This document shows, in pieces, positions 8,327-18,458 of a stretch of 48,861 bases of DNA. Origin of the DNA: Minisyncoccota bacterium. GTDB taxonomy: Bacteria; Patescibacteriota; Minisyncoccia; Phycocordibacterales; UBA9973. A program made the position numbers and the translations under genes. Under the pieces are notes generated by a model, which did not search any database, was not told the DNA's origin, and worked only from the letters and a program-made list of their open reading frames with translations. Each line of letters starts with the position of its first letter. The first letter of the stretch is position 1. Where the stretch lies: positions 1 to 48,861 of the forward strand of contig DALYEI010000006.1 in assembly GCA_031972685.1 (NCBI GenBank), written 5' to 3'.

Positions 8327-9643
8327 ATGCAAAACGTAGACTTATCACAAATTAAGAAAGTATTTTTTATAGGAATTGGGGGAATAGGTATTTCCGCTTT
8401 GGCGAAATGGGCATATGCAAAGGGTATGGAAATCGGAGGAGTAAATGATGAAGATAGCCCTAAAACCTTAGATCCACTTCGTGAATTAGGGGCGCAAATA
8501 TTTTTAATTCCTGAGTTTGAAAATTTAGAAACTATTCCTGAAGCGGATCTTTATGTATATAGTGATGCTTGGCCTTATAGAGGTCCACATATTATAAAAA
8601 TGGCTCGTGATACAGGTAAACCAACTCTAAGCTATTTTGAAGCTTTGGGAATGTTTGCAAAAGATTATAAAGTCATTGCAATTTCAGGAACTCACGGTAA
8701 AACTACTACTACTGCTATGGTAGGAGAAATGTTAGTAGATTTAGGATTGGATCCAACTATTGTTGTCGGTTCTTTTGTTAAAAAATTTAATAGTAATTTT
8801 AGATATGGGCAAAGTGATATTCTCGTAGTTGAAGCGGATGAATTTAATAAACATTTTTTGAATTTTGATCCATTAATAACAATAATTACAAATATAGAAC
8901 TCGATCACGTAGATACTTATAAAGATTTACATGAAGTTGAAAGTACTTTTAAAGAATTAATTATGAAAACTAAAAATGCTGTAATTTGCAATTTAAATAA
9001 TCAAAATTTAAATTTCTTAACTTCAGATTTTAAGGGAGAATTAATTAATTATATGAATTATTATGATGATTTACCTAATATGCTTGTTCCTGGAAATCAT
9101 AATCGTATGAATGCTTCTACTGTGTTAGCATTAGCTAAGTATTTAAATTTAAATATAGATGAAGCTAAAAAGTCTCTCTCTAAATTTAGCGGTACTTGGA
9201 GAAGGCTCGAGAAAATAGCAGAAAAAAACGGAGTTATCATTTATGATGATTATGCCCATCATCCGACCGAAGTTAAGGCTAGCTTATCCGCTTTACGAGA
9301 AATTTACCCTAAGGATCAAAATAGGATTATTGTAGTTTTTCAACCTCATTTATATAGTAGGACTAAAGCTTTTTTTAACGAATTTATAGATGCTTTTGAT
9401 GAAGCTGATATTGTAGCTCTTTTGCCAATATATTTTGCTAGAGAAGATAAAGATCCTAGTATTTCAAGTATTTTGCTTGCCGAAGAGATTAAAAAGCATA
9501 AAAATGAAGTGTTTGGTTTTGATACTTTTTTAGAAACCTTAGATTTTGTTAAGGATTTAGAGCTTAAAAGTGGGGATATTTTCATAACTATGGGGGCAGG
9601 GGAAGCTTACAAGATTGCGAATGATTTATTTGATCTTAAGTAA
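8327..9643 (+). CDS. murC: UDP-MurNAc:L-Ala ligase (MurC)
   Basis: FIGIGGIGISALA N-terminus, P-loop ISGTHGKTTTTAM, and DDYAHHPTE. Confidence 0.85.
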   Translation: MQNVDLSQIKKVFFIGIGGIGISALAKWAYAKGMEIGGVNDEDSPKTLDPLRELGAQIFLIPEFENLETIPEADLYVYSDAWPYRGPHIIKMARDTGKPTLSYFEALGMFAKDYKVIAISGTHGKTTTTAMVGEMLVDLGLDPTIVVGSFVKKFNSNFRYGQSDILVVEADEFNKHFLNFDPLITIITNIELDHVDTYKDLHEVESTFKELIMKTKNAVICNLNNQNLNFLTSDFKGELINYMNYYDDLPNMLVPGNHNRMNASTVLALAKYLNLNIDEAKKSLSKFSGTWRRLEKIAEKNGVIIYDDYAHHPTEVKASLSALREIYPKDQNRIIVVFQPHLYSRTKAFFNEFIDAFDEADIVALLPIYFAREDKDPSISSILLAEEIKKHKNEVFGFDTFLETLDFVKDLELKSGDIFITMGAGEAYKIANDLFDLK

Positions 9644-9762
9644 TTGTCCACACATAAAAACTACACAATTTTTAAACTATTTTGTCAAATATAAATACAT
9701 AAAATATCATTATTTTACAAGCTATTTTTGATTTGACATAGGTAAAAAATATGGTTTAACTA

Positions 9763-9791
9763 TTGACTTTTGTATTAAAAAATGCTAATAT
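9763..9791 (+). promoter_or_regulatory. Sigma70-type promoter TTGACT-17 nt-TAATAT
   Basis: TTGACT at 9763-9768, a 17-nt spacer, then TAATAT at 9786-9791. Confidence 0.6.
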
Positions 9792-9799
9792 ATTAGTAT

Positions 9800-9841
9800 A
9801 ACCTTATTATAGGCAATAGCCTTATTAATAAAGGTTTTTTT
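9800..9841 (+). promoter_or_regulatory. Terminator-like hairpin plus U-run at the 5' end of the leader (possible attenuator)
   Basis: AACCTTATTA...TAATAAAGGTT imperfect hairpin followed by TTTTTTT. It sits between the promoter and ATG 9893. Confidence 0.4.
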
Positions 9842-9892
9842 CGTCTCAGGCGAAGTTTCAGAATTTGGTTGGTAGAGCGAAACTATCAAGTT

Positions 9893-10534
9893 ATGACAAA
9901 TAAAACTTGGGTAAGGTTTGTGCATTCATTAGTTTTATTACCGTTTTTAACATCAATGCCAATAGGCAACGTTAAAGATACTAATATTATTACTGATAAG
10001 CCCCTAACTTTATCTATACAATTAAATAATAGTTCTTCTAATCTTTTTGCTCTTAACCAAGCAGAAGATGAGGAGAAAGAAAAAGAACTAATCTTATCAA
10101 AAAAGGCCGAAATTATCGATAATTATTATAAGACTCGTAATATGCCACTTTATGGTTACGGCCGTAAAATGGTAGAAGAAGCCGAGAAAAACGATCTTGA
10201 TTGGCGCCTTATTCCAGCTATTTCTGTGATAGAAACTACTGGGGGGAGACACCTTTGCAAGAACCCAAAAGCCGGAAATAATCCTTTCGGTTGGGGATCT
10301 TGCAGAATAGGATTTAAAAGTTTTGATGAAGCTATTGAAAAAATAGCTCTAAATTTAGGAGGAAATAATCCTAAAACTGCTCATCATTATGACGGTAAAA
10401 CAACGTTGGAAATTATTAATAAATATAATCCACCGTCAATAGTACCTGATTATTCAAAGAAGATTTTTAAAGTTATGAATACTTTAGGAGATGAGATAGT
10501 TATTATAGAAGATACAGAAAAAACAAACTCATAG
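9893..10534 (+). CDS. Secreted peptidoglycan hydrolase-like protein (GH73 glucosaminidase-like domain)
   Basis: The ORF track starts at TTG 9869; ATG 9893 gives a hydrophobic N-terminus. AISVIETTGG...NNPFGWG...FKSFDEAIEKIA resembles the glucosaminidase E-S/T-x-x-G ... NNxFG pattern. Confidence 0.45.
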   Translation: MTNKTWVRFVHSLVLLPFLTSMPIGNVKDTNIITDKPLTLSIQLNNSSSNLFALNQAEDEEKEKELILSKKAEIIDNYYKTRNMPLYGYGRKMVEEAEKNDLDWRLIPAISVIETTGGRHLCKNPKAGNNPFGWGSCRIGFKSFDEAIEKIALNLGGNNPKTAHHYDGKTTLEIINKYNPPSIVPDYSKKIFKVMNTLGDEIVIIEDTEKTNS

Positions 10535-10550
10535 AGATATGAGTTTGTTT

Positions 10551-11726
10551 TTATTTAGTCCATAGATCCCAGATTTTTTCTGCGGGATTTATTTTAGGGC
10601 CTACTTCAGCGTAATAATGTAAATCTATAAAAGGTAGGGAATTGCATTCGATAATACCCCATTTTTGAGTGTCTGGATCAGCTTCAGGATTTTGTATGAT
10701 AATATCAAAGCCAGCAACTGGAGCCTCGATTATTTTTGCTGCTTTTTGGAAAATAGCATGTATTTTAGGATGAACCTTATCTATCATTTCTTCAGTATGA
10801 CCCCCGTAAAGTCTTCCAGTTTTAGCTATCAAGTCTATAGTTTTATCTTTTTCTAAAATACTCTCTAGGGTATAACCTTGTCTACTTATAAAATTTATTA
10901 ATTCTTCATTGATTAAAATATCACCTAATTTTTCGTTTTTGTTTTTATTTTTTTCTTGTATTAATTTTTCAATTGTATTTATACCGTCTCCAGTAATTTG
11001 TGGAGGTAAGGCTTTAAAAAACCCTACTAGTTCGTTTCCCACTATAGTCGCCCTACAAACGCTACCGTATAGATGTTCTTGTAAAACTAAAGTAAAAGAG
11101 ATTTGTTTAGCTAATTTAAAAGCTTTAATTAATTCTTCTTTGGTATTTATATTTGTAGTAGTATGTCTACCTCGAGAGCCATTTTTTGGTTTTACAATTA
11201 TAGGTTTTTCGAGCTTATCAAATGCTTTTAAGGCACCTCTCTCCGTAATAGCGAGAAAAGTTTTAGGAGTTTTTAATTCACCCTTACTTAATTTACGAGC
11301 AAGCTTAAGTTTATCATCTAACCAAGTATAGCCGTATTGATTTAGATATGGAGGAATAGGTATACTTTCGAAATAGTAGGTTTTGTTATTTATAAAAGCA
11401 CGATAATTATCGATATATTTATTAAATATTTTTATTTGTTCCATTTTAATACCTCTTTTTCGGGCTTCTACCCAGACCAATTCTGAGCGACCACTACCTA
11501 CTTTAGAGATATCAGTATTAAAACGTAGCATCCCAATCATACGTAAAAATGTAAACATTACTATTTCTACATATCTCGTTAAGCGACGGTTTTTATAAGT
11601 ATTAAATAAACTACCCATAATTTTGCCGATAGTTTCATTAAGAAAATTATCTACTAGTAAAAAAGTATGATTAACTGGGCTAGTACCGCAAGCACTACAT
11701 ATTTTTTTGTTTTTTGTTTTTTTCAT
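10551..11726 (-). CDS. ATP-grasp ligase, cyanophycin-synthetase-like ATP-grasp region, with an N-terminal CxxC segment
   Basis: 391 aa. Motifs IIVKPKNGSRGRH, GFDIII...WGIIECNSLPFIDLHYYAEVGPKINPAEKIWDLW. Confidence 0.5.
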   Translation of the reverse strand: MKKTKNKKICSACGTSPVNHTFLLVDNFLNETIGKIMGSLFNTYKNRRLTRYVEIVMFTFLRMIGMLRFNTDISKVGSGRSELVWVEARKRGIKMEQIKIFNKYIDNYRAFINNKTYYFESIPIPPYLNQYGYTWLDDKLKLARKLSKGELKTPKTFLAITERGALKAFDKLEKPIIVKPKNGSRGRHTTTNINTKEELIKAFKLAKQISFTLVLQEHLYGSVCRATIVGNELVGFFKALPPQITGDGINTIEKLIQEKNKNKNEKLGDILINEELINFISRQGYTLESILEKDKTIDLIAKTGRLYGGHTEEMIDKVHPKIHAIFQKAAKIIEAPVAGFDIIIQNPEADPDTQKWGIIECNSLPFIDLHYYAEVGPKINPAEKIWDLWTK

Positions 11727-11895
11727 CTAAACGAAAAAAATTTAAAGAAACTAAGTCTCTTTAAATTTTTTCCAAGCTTACATAAAATTAGTGTCCTCCT
11801 AACATATATTTTGTAAAAGATTAATTTAGTAAAATCAATCGACTTATATATTATATCATTAAAATAATAAGCTAGTAAATATATATGTGGATAAA

Positions 11896-11934
11896 TAAAA
11901 GCCCGGCCGCCATAGGCGGCCGGGCTTTTATTTT
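11896..11934 (-). terminator. Strong GC-rich (bidirectional) terminator after rpsA
   Basis: GCCCGGCCGCC-ATA-GGCGGCCGGGC flanked by A-run and T-run. Confidence 0.85.
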
Positions 11935-11940
11935 ATAACT

Positions 11941-13026
11941 TTATTCTAAAAACATTAGAGTCATTTTTTGTTCTTTTGGTTCAAAAAGAGTAATTTGGAA
12001 ATTATAGTTTTTACCTAATTCTAATTTTTCTCTTAGTTTTGATTCACCTCCTAGGGTAGAATTGTGAACAAGTCCAGCAACTCCTTCTTTAATAGAGATT
12101 AAAGCTCCGTGTTTATTATATTTAATAACAACACCTTTAATAATATCTCCTTTTTTAAGTTTACCTTCGTATTCTTTCCAAGGATTTTCTTTAAGAGCTT
12201 TAACTGATAAAGAGATTTTACCTTCTTTGATTTCGATAACGCGAGCCTTGATTTTATCGCCAACTTTAAACATTGAGCGAGGATCTTCAACTAGACCCCA
12301 ATCAAGTTCTGAAATGTGAACTAATCCTTCAAGACCGTCTTCTAATTTTAAGAATATTCCGAAATCTACAATACCAGCAATAGTGCATTCAATATCATCT
12401 CCGACATTATATTTATTTAATATTTCTTTCTTTTCGTCTGGATTATTGTCTTTTTCTGAGAAGATTAATTTACCTTCTTTTGGTAATGTAGAAATTATCA
12501 TTACAGAGATTTTCTTACCAATTAACTTCTTTAATTCTTTTAAGATTTTATCTTTATCAGAATCTAAAACGCGAGGGTAGTGATCAGTCTTAAGTTGAGA
12601 AGCTGGTAAGAATCCAGAAATTCCTTGCCATTCTAATATCAAACCTCCTTTATTAGCATCTTTAATTTCAAGTTCCATAACAGTTTTAGCTTTAATAGCT
12701 TTTTCTGCTTCACTCCAAATCAAAGCTTGCTTTGCTTCTTTGAGAGAGAGCTCTGTATAACCGTCTTCATTTTCAACTTCAACAACCTTTGCTTTAATAT
12801 TATCTCCTAAATTAATTTTCTTGATAATATCTTTAGCATTAATAAATTCTTTTCCGTATATAATACCAGTTCCATATGGAGCTAAGTCTACGAATACACG
12901 AGACTTTTCTATAGAGATAACAGGTCCTTCTACGATAGATTCTATCTCAGGCTTATTAACACTTTGTTCTAAAATAGATTTTAGAACTAAATTTTCTTCA
13001 CTTATTTCTTCTGTGTGTTTTTTCAT
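11941..13026 (-). CDS. rpsA: 30S ribosomal protein S1 (four S1 domains)
   Basis: 361 aa with repeated S1/OB motifs (G.V.....FG.F..L..G..GL.H.SE). Confidence 0.75.
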   Translation of the reverse strand: MKKHTEEISEENLVLKSILEQSVNKPEIESIVEGPVISIEKSRVFVDLAPYGTGIIYGKEFINAKDIIKKINLGDNIKAKVVEVENEDGYTELSLKEAKQALIWSEAEKAIKAKTVMELEIKDANKGGLILEWQGISGFLPASQLKTDHYPRVLDSDKDKILKELKKLIGKKISVMIISTLPKEGKLIFSEKDNNPDEKKEILNKYNVGDDIECTIAGIVDFGIFLKLEDGLEGLVHISELDWGLVEDPRSMFKVGDKIKARVIEIKEGKISLSVKALKENPWKEYEGKLKKGDIIKGVVIKYNKHGALISIKEGVAGLVHNSTLGGESKLREKLELGKNYNFQITLFEPKEQKMTLMFLE

Positions 13027-13217
13027 AATTTTTAACTTAAAATAAAAATTCCGCCAATAATAAAGCGGATTTAAGGTTTTAGGTTTCCTTCGATAAGTTC
13101 TCAGGAGGTTAGCCTAAATCCATACTTTTAATAAAATATTTAAGTTGTATTAGTATATTACTATAATTTTTACAAAAAAGCAATATTAAATAGTTTTATT
13201 TATTTTGAATTATTTGC

Positions 13218-13223
13218 TATAAT
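13218..13223 (+). promoter_or_regulatory. -10 hexamer TATAAT, 7 nt before ATG 13231
   Basis: TATAAT-attaaca-ATG. Confidence 0.55.
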
Positions 13224-13230
13224 ATTAACA

Positions 13231-13863
13231 ATGATAATTACATATTACGGAAAACAATTTTTTAAGATAACTCAAGGAGATTTAACTGTGGCTTTTAATC
13301 CTGTGTCTAAGAACTCAAAGAGTGGTATTAATACACACTTTGGAGCAGATTTAGCTTTAGTTACTACTAATCATCCAGACTATAACGGTATTTCTCAACT
13401 TGAGCACGGAGATAGAGTACCATTCGTTGTATCTTCTCCAGGAGATTATGAAGTTAAAGAAATTTTTATAAAAGGCTCTATGGTAGAAAGTAATATTAGT
13501 GGCAAGAAGTATATTAACACTATTTACTCTTTAGCAATTGATAATATCAATATTGCTTTCTTAGGAACTCCAAGTGATGAAAATTTAAATAAAGAAGTGC
13601 TTGAAAGTATCAACGAGCCAGATATTTTATTCTTACCAGTAGGAGGCAAGAGTTCAGGTATGATAGATGTAAAGGGTGCAGCTAAACTCGCATCAATGCT
13701 TGAACCTAAGATCATAATTCCTATGGAATATGATAAAGAAACCTTAAAAGCATTTTTGAAAGAAATGGGTGATGAAAAAATAGAAGAATTAGACAAATTA
13801 ACCTTAAAAAGAAAAGATTTAGACGGTAAAGAAGGTGAGATAATAGTATTAAAAACTTCATAA
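13231..13863 (+). CDS. MBL-fold hydrolase-like protein (UPF0173-like), metal motif degenerate
   Basis: 210 aa. The N-terminus MIITYYGKQFFKI...AFNP matches the layout of beta-lactamase-fold UPF0173 proteins. HxHxDH is not intact (TTNHPDYNG). Confidence 0.4.
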   Translation: MIITYYGKQFFKITQGDLTVAFNPVSKNSKSGINTHFGADLALVTTNHPDYNGISQLEHGDRVPFVVSSPGDYEVKEIFIKGSMVESNISGKKYINTIYSLAIDNINIAFLGTPSDENLNKEVLESINEPDILFLPVGGKSSGMIDVKGAAKLASMLEPKIIIPMEYDKETLKAFLKEMGDEKIEELDKLTLKRKDLDGKEGEIIVLKTS

Positions 13864-13866
13864 TTT

Positions 13867-14091
13867 ATGAAAAAAATAATTCACAAATTAAGACAAAAAC
13901 CGCATGAAGATCGTAGACAAGTTCTACATGCATATTTGTTAGTTTGTATTGTGGTTTTAGGATTACTTTTTAGTTTTAGTTTAAAAGCAAATTTTAGAGC
14001 AAACCGTGAAAACATAGAATCAGATTTTAAAGATTTTGATAATTTAAAAGAAAGTTTATCAGATGATTTAGGAAATTTTAGTAATAATTAA
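13867..14091 (+). CDS. Small single-TM protein, unknown function
   Basis: 74-aa ORF packed tightly between neighbouring genes, with one hydrophobic helix. Confidence 0.4.
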   Translation: MKKIIHKLRQKPHEDRRQVLHAYLLVCIVVLGLLFSFSLKANFRANRENIESDFKDFDNLKESLSDDLGNFSNN

Positions 14092-14093
14092 TT

Positions 14094-16553
14094 ATGGCAA
14101 AAGAAAAAAAAGAAAATAATATAGAAGATAATTCAATCGATAAAATTTTACCGATTGATATTATTAAAGAAATGAAAGAATCATACTTGGCTTATGCTAT
14201 GAGTGTGATTACTTCTCGTGCTTTGCCTGATGTTCGCGACGGATTAAAACCTGTGCACCGTCGTATTTTATATGCTATGCATGAAATGGGACTTACTTAT
14301 CAATCTCGTTTTCGTAAGTCTGCTACTGTAGTTGGAGACGTTTTAGGTAAATATCACCCTCATGGAGATGTCGCAGTTTATGATTCTATGGTGGGTCTTG
14401 CTCAAGAATTTTCTGCGCGTTATCCTTTTGTTTTAGGTCAAGGTAACTTTGGTTCTATAGATGGAGATAATGCTGCAGCTATGCGTTATACTGAAGCAAA
14501 AATGGCAAAATTATCTGCTGAAATGCTTCGTGATATAGAAAAAGAAACAGTAGATTTTCGTCCTAATTATGATCAAACTCGTAAAGAGCCCACTGTTTTT
14601 CCTTCAGCTATACCTTCACTTCTTTTAAACGGAACTCTCGGTATTGCGGTTGGTATGGCGACTAATATACCACCTCATAATTTAGGTGAAGTATTAGATG
14701 CTACGACTCACTTAATAGAAAATCCAGAATCAACTACTGAGGACTTGATGCAATTTATCAAAGGTCCAGATTTTCCAACTGGAGGTATAGCATACGGTTA
14801 TAAAGATATGCTCCATGCTTATTCTTCTGGACGCGGGGGAGTTGTTTGTCGTGGTGAAGCTGAAATCGTAGAACAAAAAGGAGGAATGTATCAGATTATC
14901 ATAACTTCGATACCTTATCGTGTGAATAAAGCAAATCTTATAATGAGTATTGCTGAACTTGTTCAAGAGAAAAAATTAGATGGTATCAAGGGTTTGCGTG
15001 ATGAATCGACTAAAGATATTCGAGTAGTTATTGATCTTAAGGCTGGAGCTTATCCTGAAAAAGTTTTAAATTATATTTATAAAAATACTCAACTTGAATC
15101 AAATTTCAACTATAATATGCTAGCTTTAGTAGAAGGCGTACCTCAAACCCTATCTTTGCGTTCTATTTTAGATAATTTCATAATTCATAGAAAGGAAATC
15201 GTTAAGAGAAGAAGTATGTACGATCTTAAAAAAGCACAAGATCGTGAGCATATTTTACTCGGTCTTAAAAAAGCATTAGACAAAATTGATAGAGTCATTA
15301 CTATTATTCGTTCATCTAAAGATAGTGCTGTCGCAAAAGTGAATTTGATTAAAGAATTTAAATTCTCTGATTTGCAAGCTACAGCTATCTTAGAAATGAA
15401 GCTTGCAAAACTCGCTGGACTTGAAAGAAAAGCTATTGAAGATGAATTAAAGGCTAAACAAGAATTTATTAAAGAGATGGAAGATTTGCTTGCAAGTCCA
15501 AAGAAAATTCTGAAAGTTATTTCAAATGAAATCAAAGAAATTCGTGAAAAATATGCTGATGATAGAAGAACTAAAATTATCAAAGGCGGAGTTAAAGAAA
15601 TCTCTGAGGAAGATTTAGTTCCTGAAGAAGAAACTGTATTAGTTTATACTTCTGGGGGCTATGTTAAAAGAACTGATCCAAAAGAATATCATTCTCAAAA
15701 ACGTGGTGGTGTAGGAGTTATTGATCTTGAAACTAAAGAAGAAGACTTCGTTACAATGCTACTTAACGGATCTACTCATGATGATTTATTATTCTTTACG
15801 AATTTAGGTAAAGCTTACAGTATCAAGATGTACGATATTCCAGTAGGGAAAAGAGCTACTAAAGGTAAATCAATTATGAATTTCTTGTCTTTGTCTGATT
15901 CTGAAAGTGTAACTTCAATTTTACCAATGCCAAAAAGCAGTGATAAAACTTCTTCTTTAATGCTTGTAACTAAAAACGGTACAGCAAAGAAAATGGCAAG
16001 TTCGAGTTTCGCAGATGTTAGAAGAAGCGGAATTATTGCTATCAAACTCGACAAGGGTGATAGTTTAGTTTCAGCCTTAATTACTGGAAAAGGAGACAAC
16101 GTCATAGTTGCTACAGCTCTCGGTCAATCTATTAGATTTAAAGAGTCAGATATACGCGAGATGGGTCGCACTGCAGGAGGAGTGAGAGGTATTAAACTTG
16201 ATAAAAATGATGAAGTAATTAGCGTAGATGTAATACGAAAAGATTTAGGAGATAAAGGATTTTTCTTGACTATGAGTGCAAATGGTCTCGGCAAGAAAAC
16301 TTCTCTAGAAGAATATAAAGTTCAAAATCGTGGTGGTTCTGGTATTAAAACTGCAAAGATAACCCCTAAAACTGGTAAATTAATAGTTGCAAAAGTTATT
16401 AATGAAGAAGAAGAATTAATAGCTATGTCTAAAAAAGGTCAAGTGATTAGAACTGCGCTCAAAGATATTCCAGATTTAGGTCGCCAAACTCAAGGAGTAA
16501 CTATTATGAGACTGCGCGCTGGAGACGGTATTGCATCTCTAACTTGTTTTTAA
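14094..16553 (+). CDS. gyrA: DNA gyrase subunit A
   Basis: 819 aa. Motifs [14 protein letters not shown], active-site AAMRYTE, and C-terminal beta-pinwheel repeats. Confidence 0.97.
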   Translation: MAKEKKENNIEDNSIDKILPIDIIKEMKESYLAYAMSVITSRALPDVRDGLKPVHRRILYAMHEMGLTYQSRFRKSATVVGDVLGKYHPHGDVAVYDSMVGLAQEFSARYPFVLGQGNFGSIDGDNAAAMRYTEAKMAKLSAEMLRDIEKETVDFRPNYDQTRKEPTVFPSAIPSLLLNGTLGIAVGMATNIPPHNLGEVLDATTHLIENPESTTEDLMQFIKGPDFPTGGIAYGYKDMLHAYSSGRGGVVCRGEAEIVEQKGGMYQIIITSIPYRVNKANLIMSIAELVQEKKLDGIKGLRDESTKDIRVVIDLKAGAYPEKVLNYIYKNTQLESNFNYNMLALVEGVPQTLSLRSILDNFIIHRKEIVKRRSMYDLKKAQDREHILLGLKKALDKIDRVITIIRSSKDSAVAKVNLIKEFKFSDLQATAILEMKLAKLAGLERKAIEDELKAKQEFIKEMEDLLASPKKILKVISNEIKEIREKYADDRRTKIIKGGVKEISEEDLVPEEETVLVYTSGGYVKRTDPKEYHSQKRGGVGVIDLETKEEDFVTMLLNGSTHDDLLFFTNLGKAYSIKMYDIPVGKRATKGKSIMNFLSLSDSESVTSILPMPKSSDKTSSLMLVTKNGTAKKMASSSFADVRRSGIIAIKLDKGDSLVSALITGKGDNVIVATALGQSIRFKESDIREMGRTAGGVRGIKLDKNDEVISVDVIRKDLGDKGFFLTMSANGLGKKTSLEEYKVQNRGGSGIKTAKITPKTGKLIVAKVINEEEELIAMSKKGQVIRTALKDIPDLGRQTQGVTIMRLRAGDGIASLTCF

Positions 16554-16565
16554 AAATAAAATAAA

Positions 16566-16596
16566 AAACTCCACTTTATAGTGGAGTTTTTTATTT
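16566..16596 (+). terminator. Rho-independent terminator after gyrA
   Basis: ACTCCAC-TTTATA-GTGGAGT followed by TTTTTTATTTT. Confidence 0.8.
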
Positions 16597-16605
16597 TAAT
16601 AATGT

Positions 16606-16611
16606 TATAAT
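16606..16611 (+). promoter_or_regulatory. -10 hexamer TATAAT, 6 nt before GTG 16618
   Basis: TATAAT-taagaa-GTG. Confidence 0.55.
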
Positions 16612-16617
16612 TAAGAA

Positions 16618-17151
16618 GTGTTTAGTGATCCACTTTCCAATTTAAAACTTTTTGATTTGTCTGAAAAAATGATAGTCGCTGATTTAGGAGCGGGGACTGG
16701 TTTTTATACTTTGCATGTAGCAAAGATGGTTCCTTTAGGCAAAGTCTATGCTATTGATATTAATAAAGATTTTTTGAAAACTATTGCTAATAATTCAACT
16801 GAGAAAAAAATCAAAAATATAGAAATTTTACATGCAGATTTAGAGCATAAAGAAGGTTCTAAACTTAAAAATGATTTAGTAGATAGAGCTATTATTTCCA
16901 ATATTTTATTTATGATTTCTGACCGGAAAACTTTTTTAAAAGAAGCAAATCGTATTTTAAAAGATGGAGGTAAAATTTTATTCGTAGATTTTTCTCCAGA
17001 TTCTATAATCTTAAAAAATACTAAACATAAAACTGTTACCAAAGAAGAAGCAAGAAAGATTTTCGAAGATGCAGATTTCCTTTATGAACGAGATATAGAG
17101 ACAGGAGATCACCATTATGGTATGATTTTTACAAAACCAATTAAAAAATAA
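16618..17151 (+). CDS. Class I SAM-dependent methyltransferase
   Basis: 177 aa with SAM motif I VADLGAGTGFYT. Confidence 0.75.
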   Translation: MFSDPLSNLKLFDLSEKMIVADLGAGTGFYTLHVAKMVPLGKVYAIDINKDFLKTIANNSTEKKIKNIEILHADLEHKEGSKLKNDLVDRAIISNILFMISDRKTFLKEANRILKDGGKILFVDFSPDSIILKNTKHKTVTKEEARKIFEDADFLYERDIETGDHHYGMIFTKPIKK

Positions 17152-17152
17152 A

Positions 17153-18457
17153 ATGGGAAATTTAAAAAACTTTCAATTAATTATGGTTGTCTTGTTTACC
17201 TTCGGAGGTATTTTAGGAGTTTTCGTTTTTGCTGGTTTTATTGACCTCGGAGATAAAGCAGTTAATAGTGTAGTTAAGGGGAATGCAACTATTTGGGGTA
17301 CTTATCCAAATTCTGTCATTTCTCCAATTTTAACTGAAATTAATCAGAATGCAGATATCACTATTAAATACGTATATAAAGATCCAACTACTTTTGAAAA
17401 TGAATTAGTTGAAGCATTTTTGGCTGATAAGGGTCCAGATTTATTTTTCTTTCCAGATAATTTTATAATTAAGCATCAAGATAAGGTTTCAGTTATTCCT
17501 TATACTAATTATCCTTTAATTAATTTCAAAAATAATTTTGCTGAAGCTGGTGAAGTTTTCTTGAACAATAAAGGTATTTTAGCTTTTCCTATAACTATTG
17601 ATCCCTTAGTTTTATACTATAATCGTACCTTGCTTGATTCTAATGATATAGTTTACCCACCTTCGTTTTGGGAAGAATTTCCTAATCTTGTAAAAACCCT
17701 TACTAAAAAGACTACAGAAGGCCAAATATTAAAAAGTACTTTCGCTTTAGGACAAGTGAGTAACGTAAATAATGCTAAAGAGATTTTATTTTCTATGTTT
17801 ATGCAAAACGATAATCCTATTACTGCTCTTAATTCTAATAATATTTATTTTTCTACTATTAAAAAGGATCAAGATATTAATGCTAAACTAGTAAATGCTT
17901 TTGATTTTTATCTAAGTTTTGCTAATCCTTTAAATTCAAATTATTCTTGGAACAGGTCTTTACCTAATTCATTCGATGCATTTTCAAAAGAAGATTTAGT
18001 ATTTTATTTTGGTTTTGCTAGTGAATTAAATAAAATTTTTGCAAAAAATCCTAATTTAAATTTTGGAGTTTACCCAATTCCTCAATATAAAGATGACCCT
18101 AGTAAAGCAACCTTAGGTAGAGTAGGAGGTATTGCTATATCGCGTTTTTCTAAAAATCCAACAGTAGCTTATTCTGCATTAAATCTCTTAGCTAGCGGAC
18201 CATTTGTAGATAAATTAAGTAAAGCTTTAGCTATACCTCCAGCCCGACGAGATTTACTTTCAAAACGAAATAATGATTCTTATACTCCGATTTTTTACTC
18301 TTCAGCCTTATTTGCTAAAGGTTTTATAGATCCTTCAAAACGAGACACCGATAATTTATTTAGAAGTGTATTAGAGAATGTATTATCGAATGGTTCCGAT
18401 ACTAAAGATGCCGTCGAAGCTTTACATAATAGACTAAACCTTTTATTATTTAATTAA
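17153..18457 (+). CDS. Membrane-anchored extracellular solute-binding-protein-like (SBP family 1-like), orphan
   Basis: 434 aa with an N-terminal TM. Contains GPDLFFFP and LVLYYNRTLLD...PPSFWEEF, patterns typical of sugar-type ABC substrate-binding proteins. No permease or ATPase is adjacent. Confidence 0.5.
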   Translation: MGNLKNFQLIMVVLFTFGGILGVFVFAGFIDLGDKAVNSVVKGNATIWGTYPNSVISPILTEINQNADITIKYVYKDPTTFENELVEAFLADKGPDLFFFPDNFIIKHQDKVSVIPYTNYPLINFKNNFAEAGEVFLNNKGILAFPITIDPLVLYYNRTLLDSNDIVYPPSFWEEFPNLVKTLTKKTTEGQILKSTFALGQVSNVNNAKEILFSMFMQNDNPITALNSNNIYFSTIKKDQDINAKLVNAFDFYLSFANPLNSNYSWNRSLPNSFDAFSKEDLVFYFGFASELNKIFAKNPNLNFGVYPIPQYKDDPSKATLGRVGGIAISRFSKNPTVAYSALNLLASGPFVDKLSKALAIPPARRDLLSKRNNDSYTPIFYSSALFAKGFIDPSKRDTDNLFRSVLENVLSNGSDTKDAVEALHNRLNLLLFN

Positions 18458-18458
18458 T

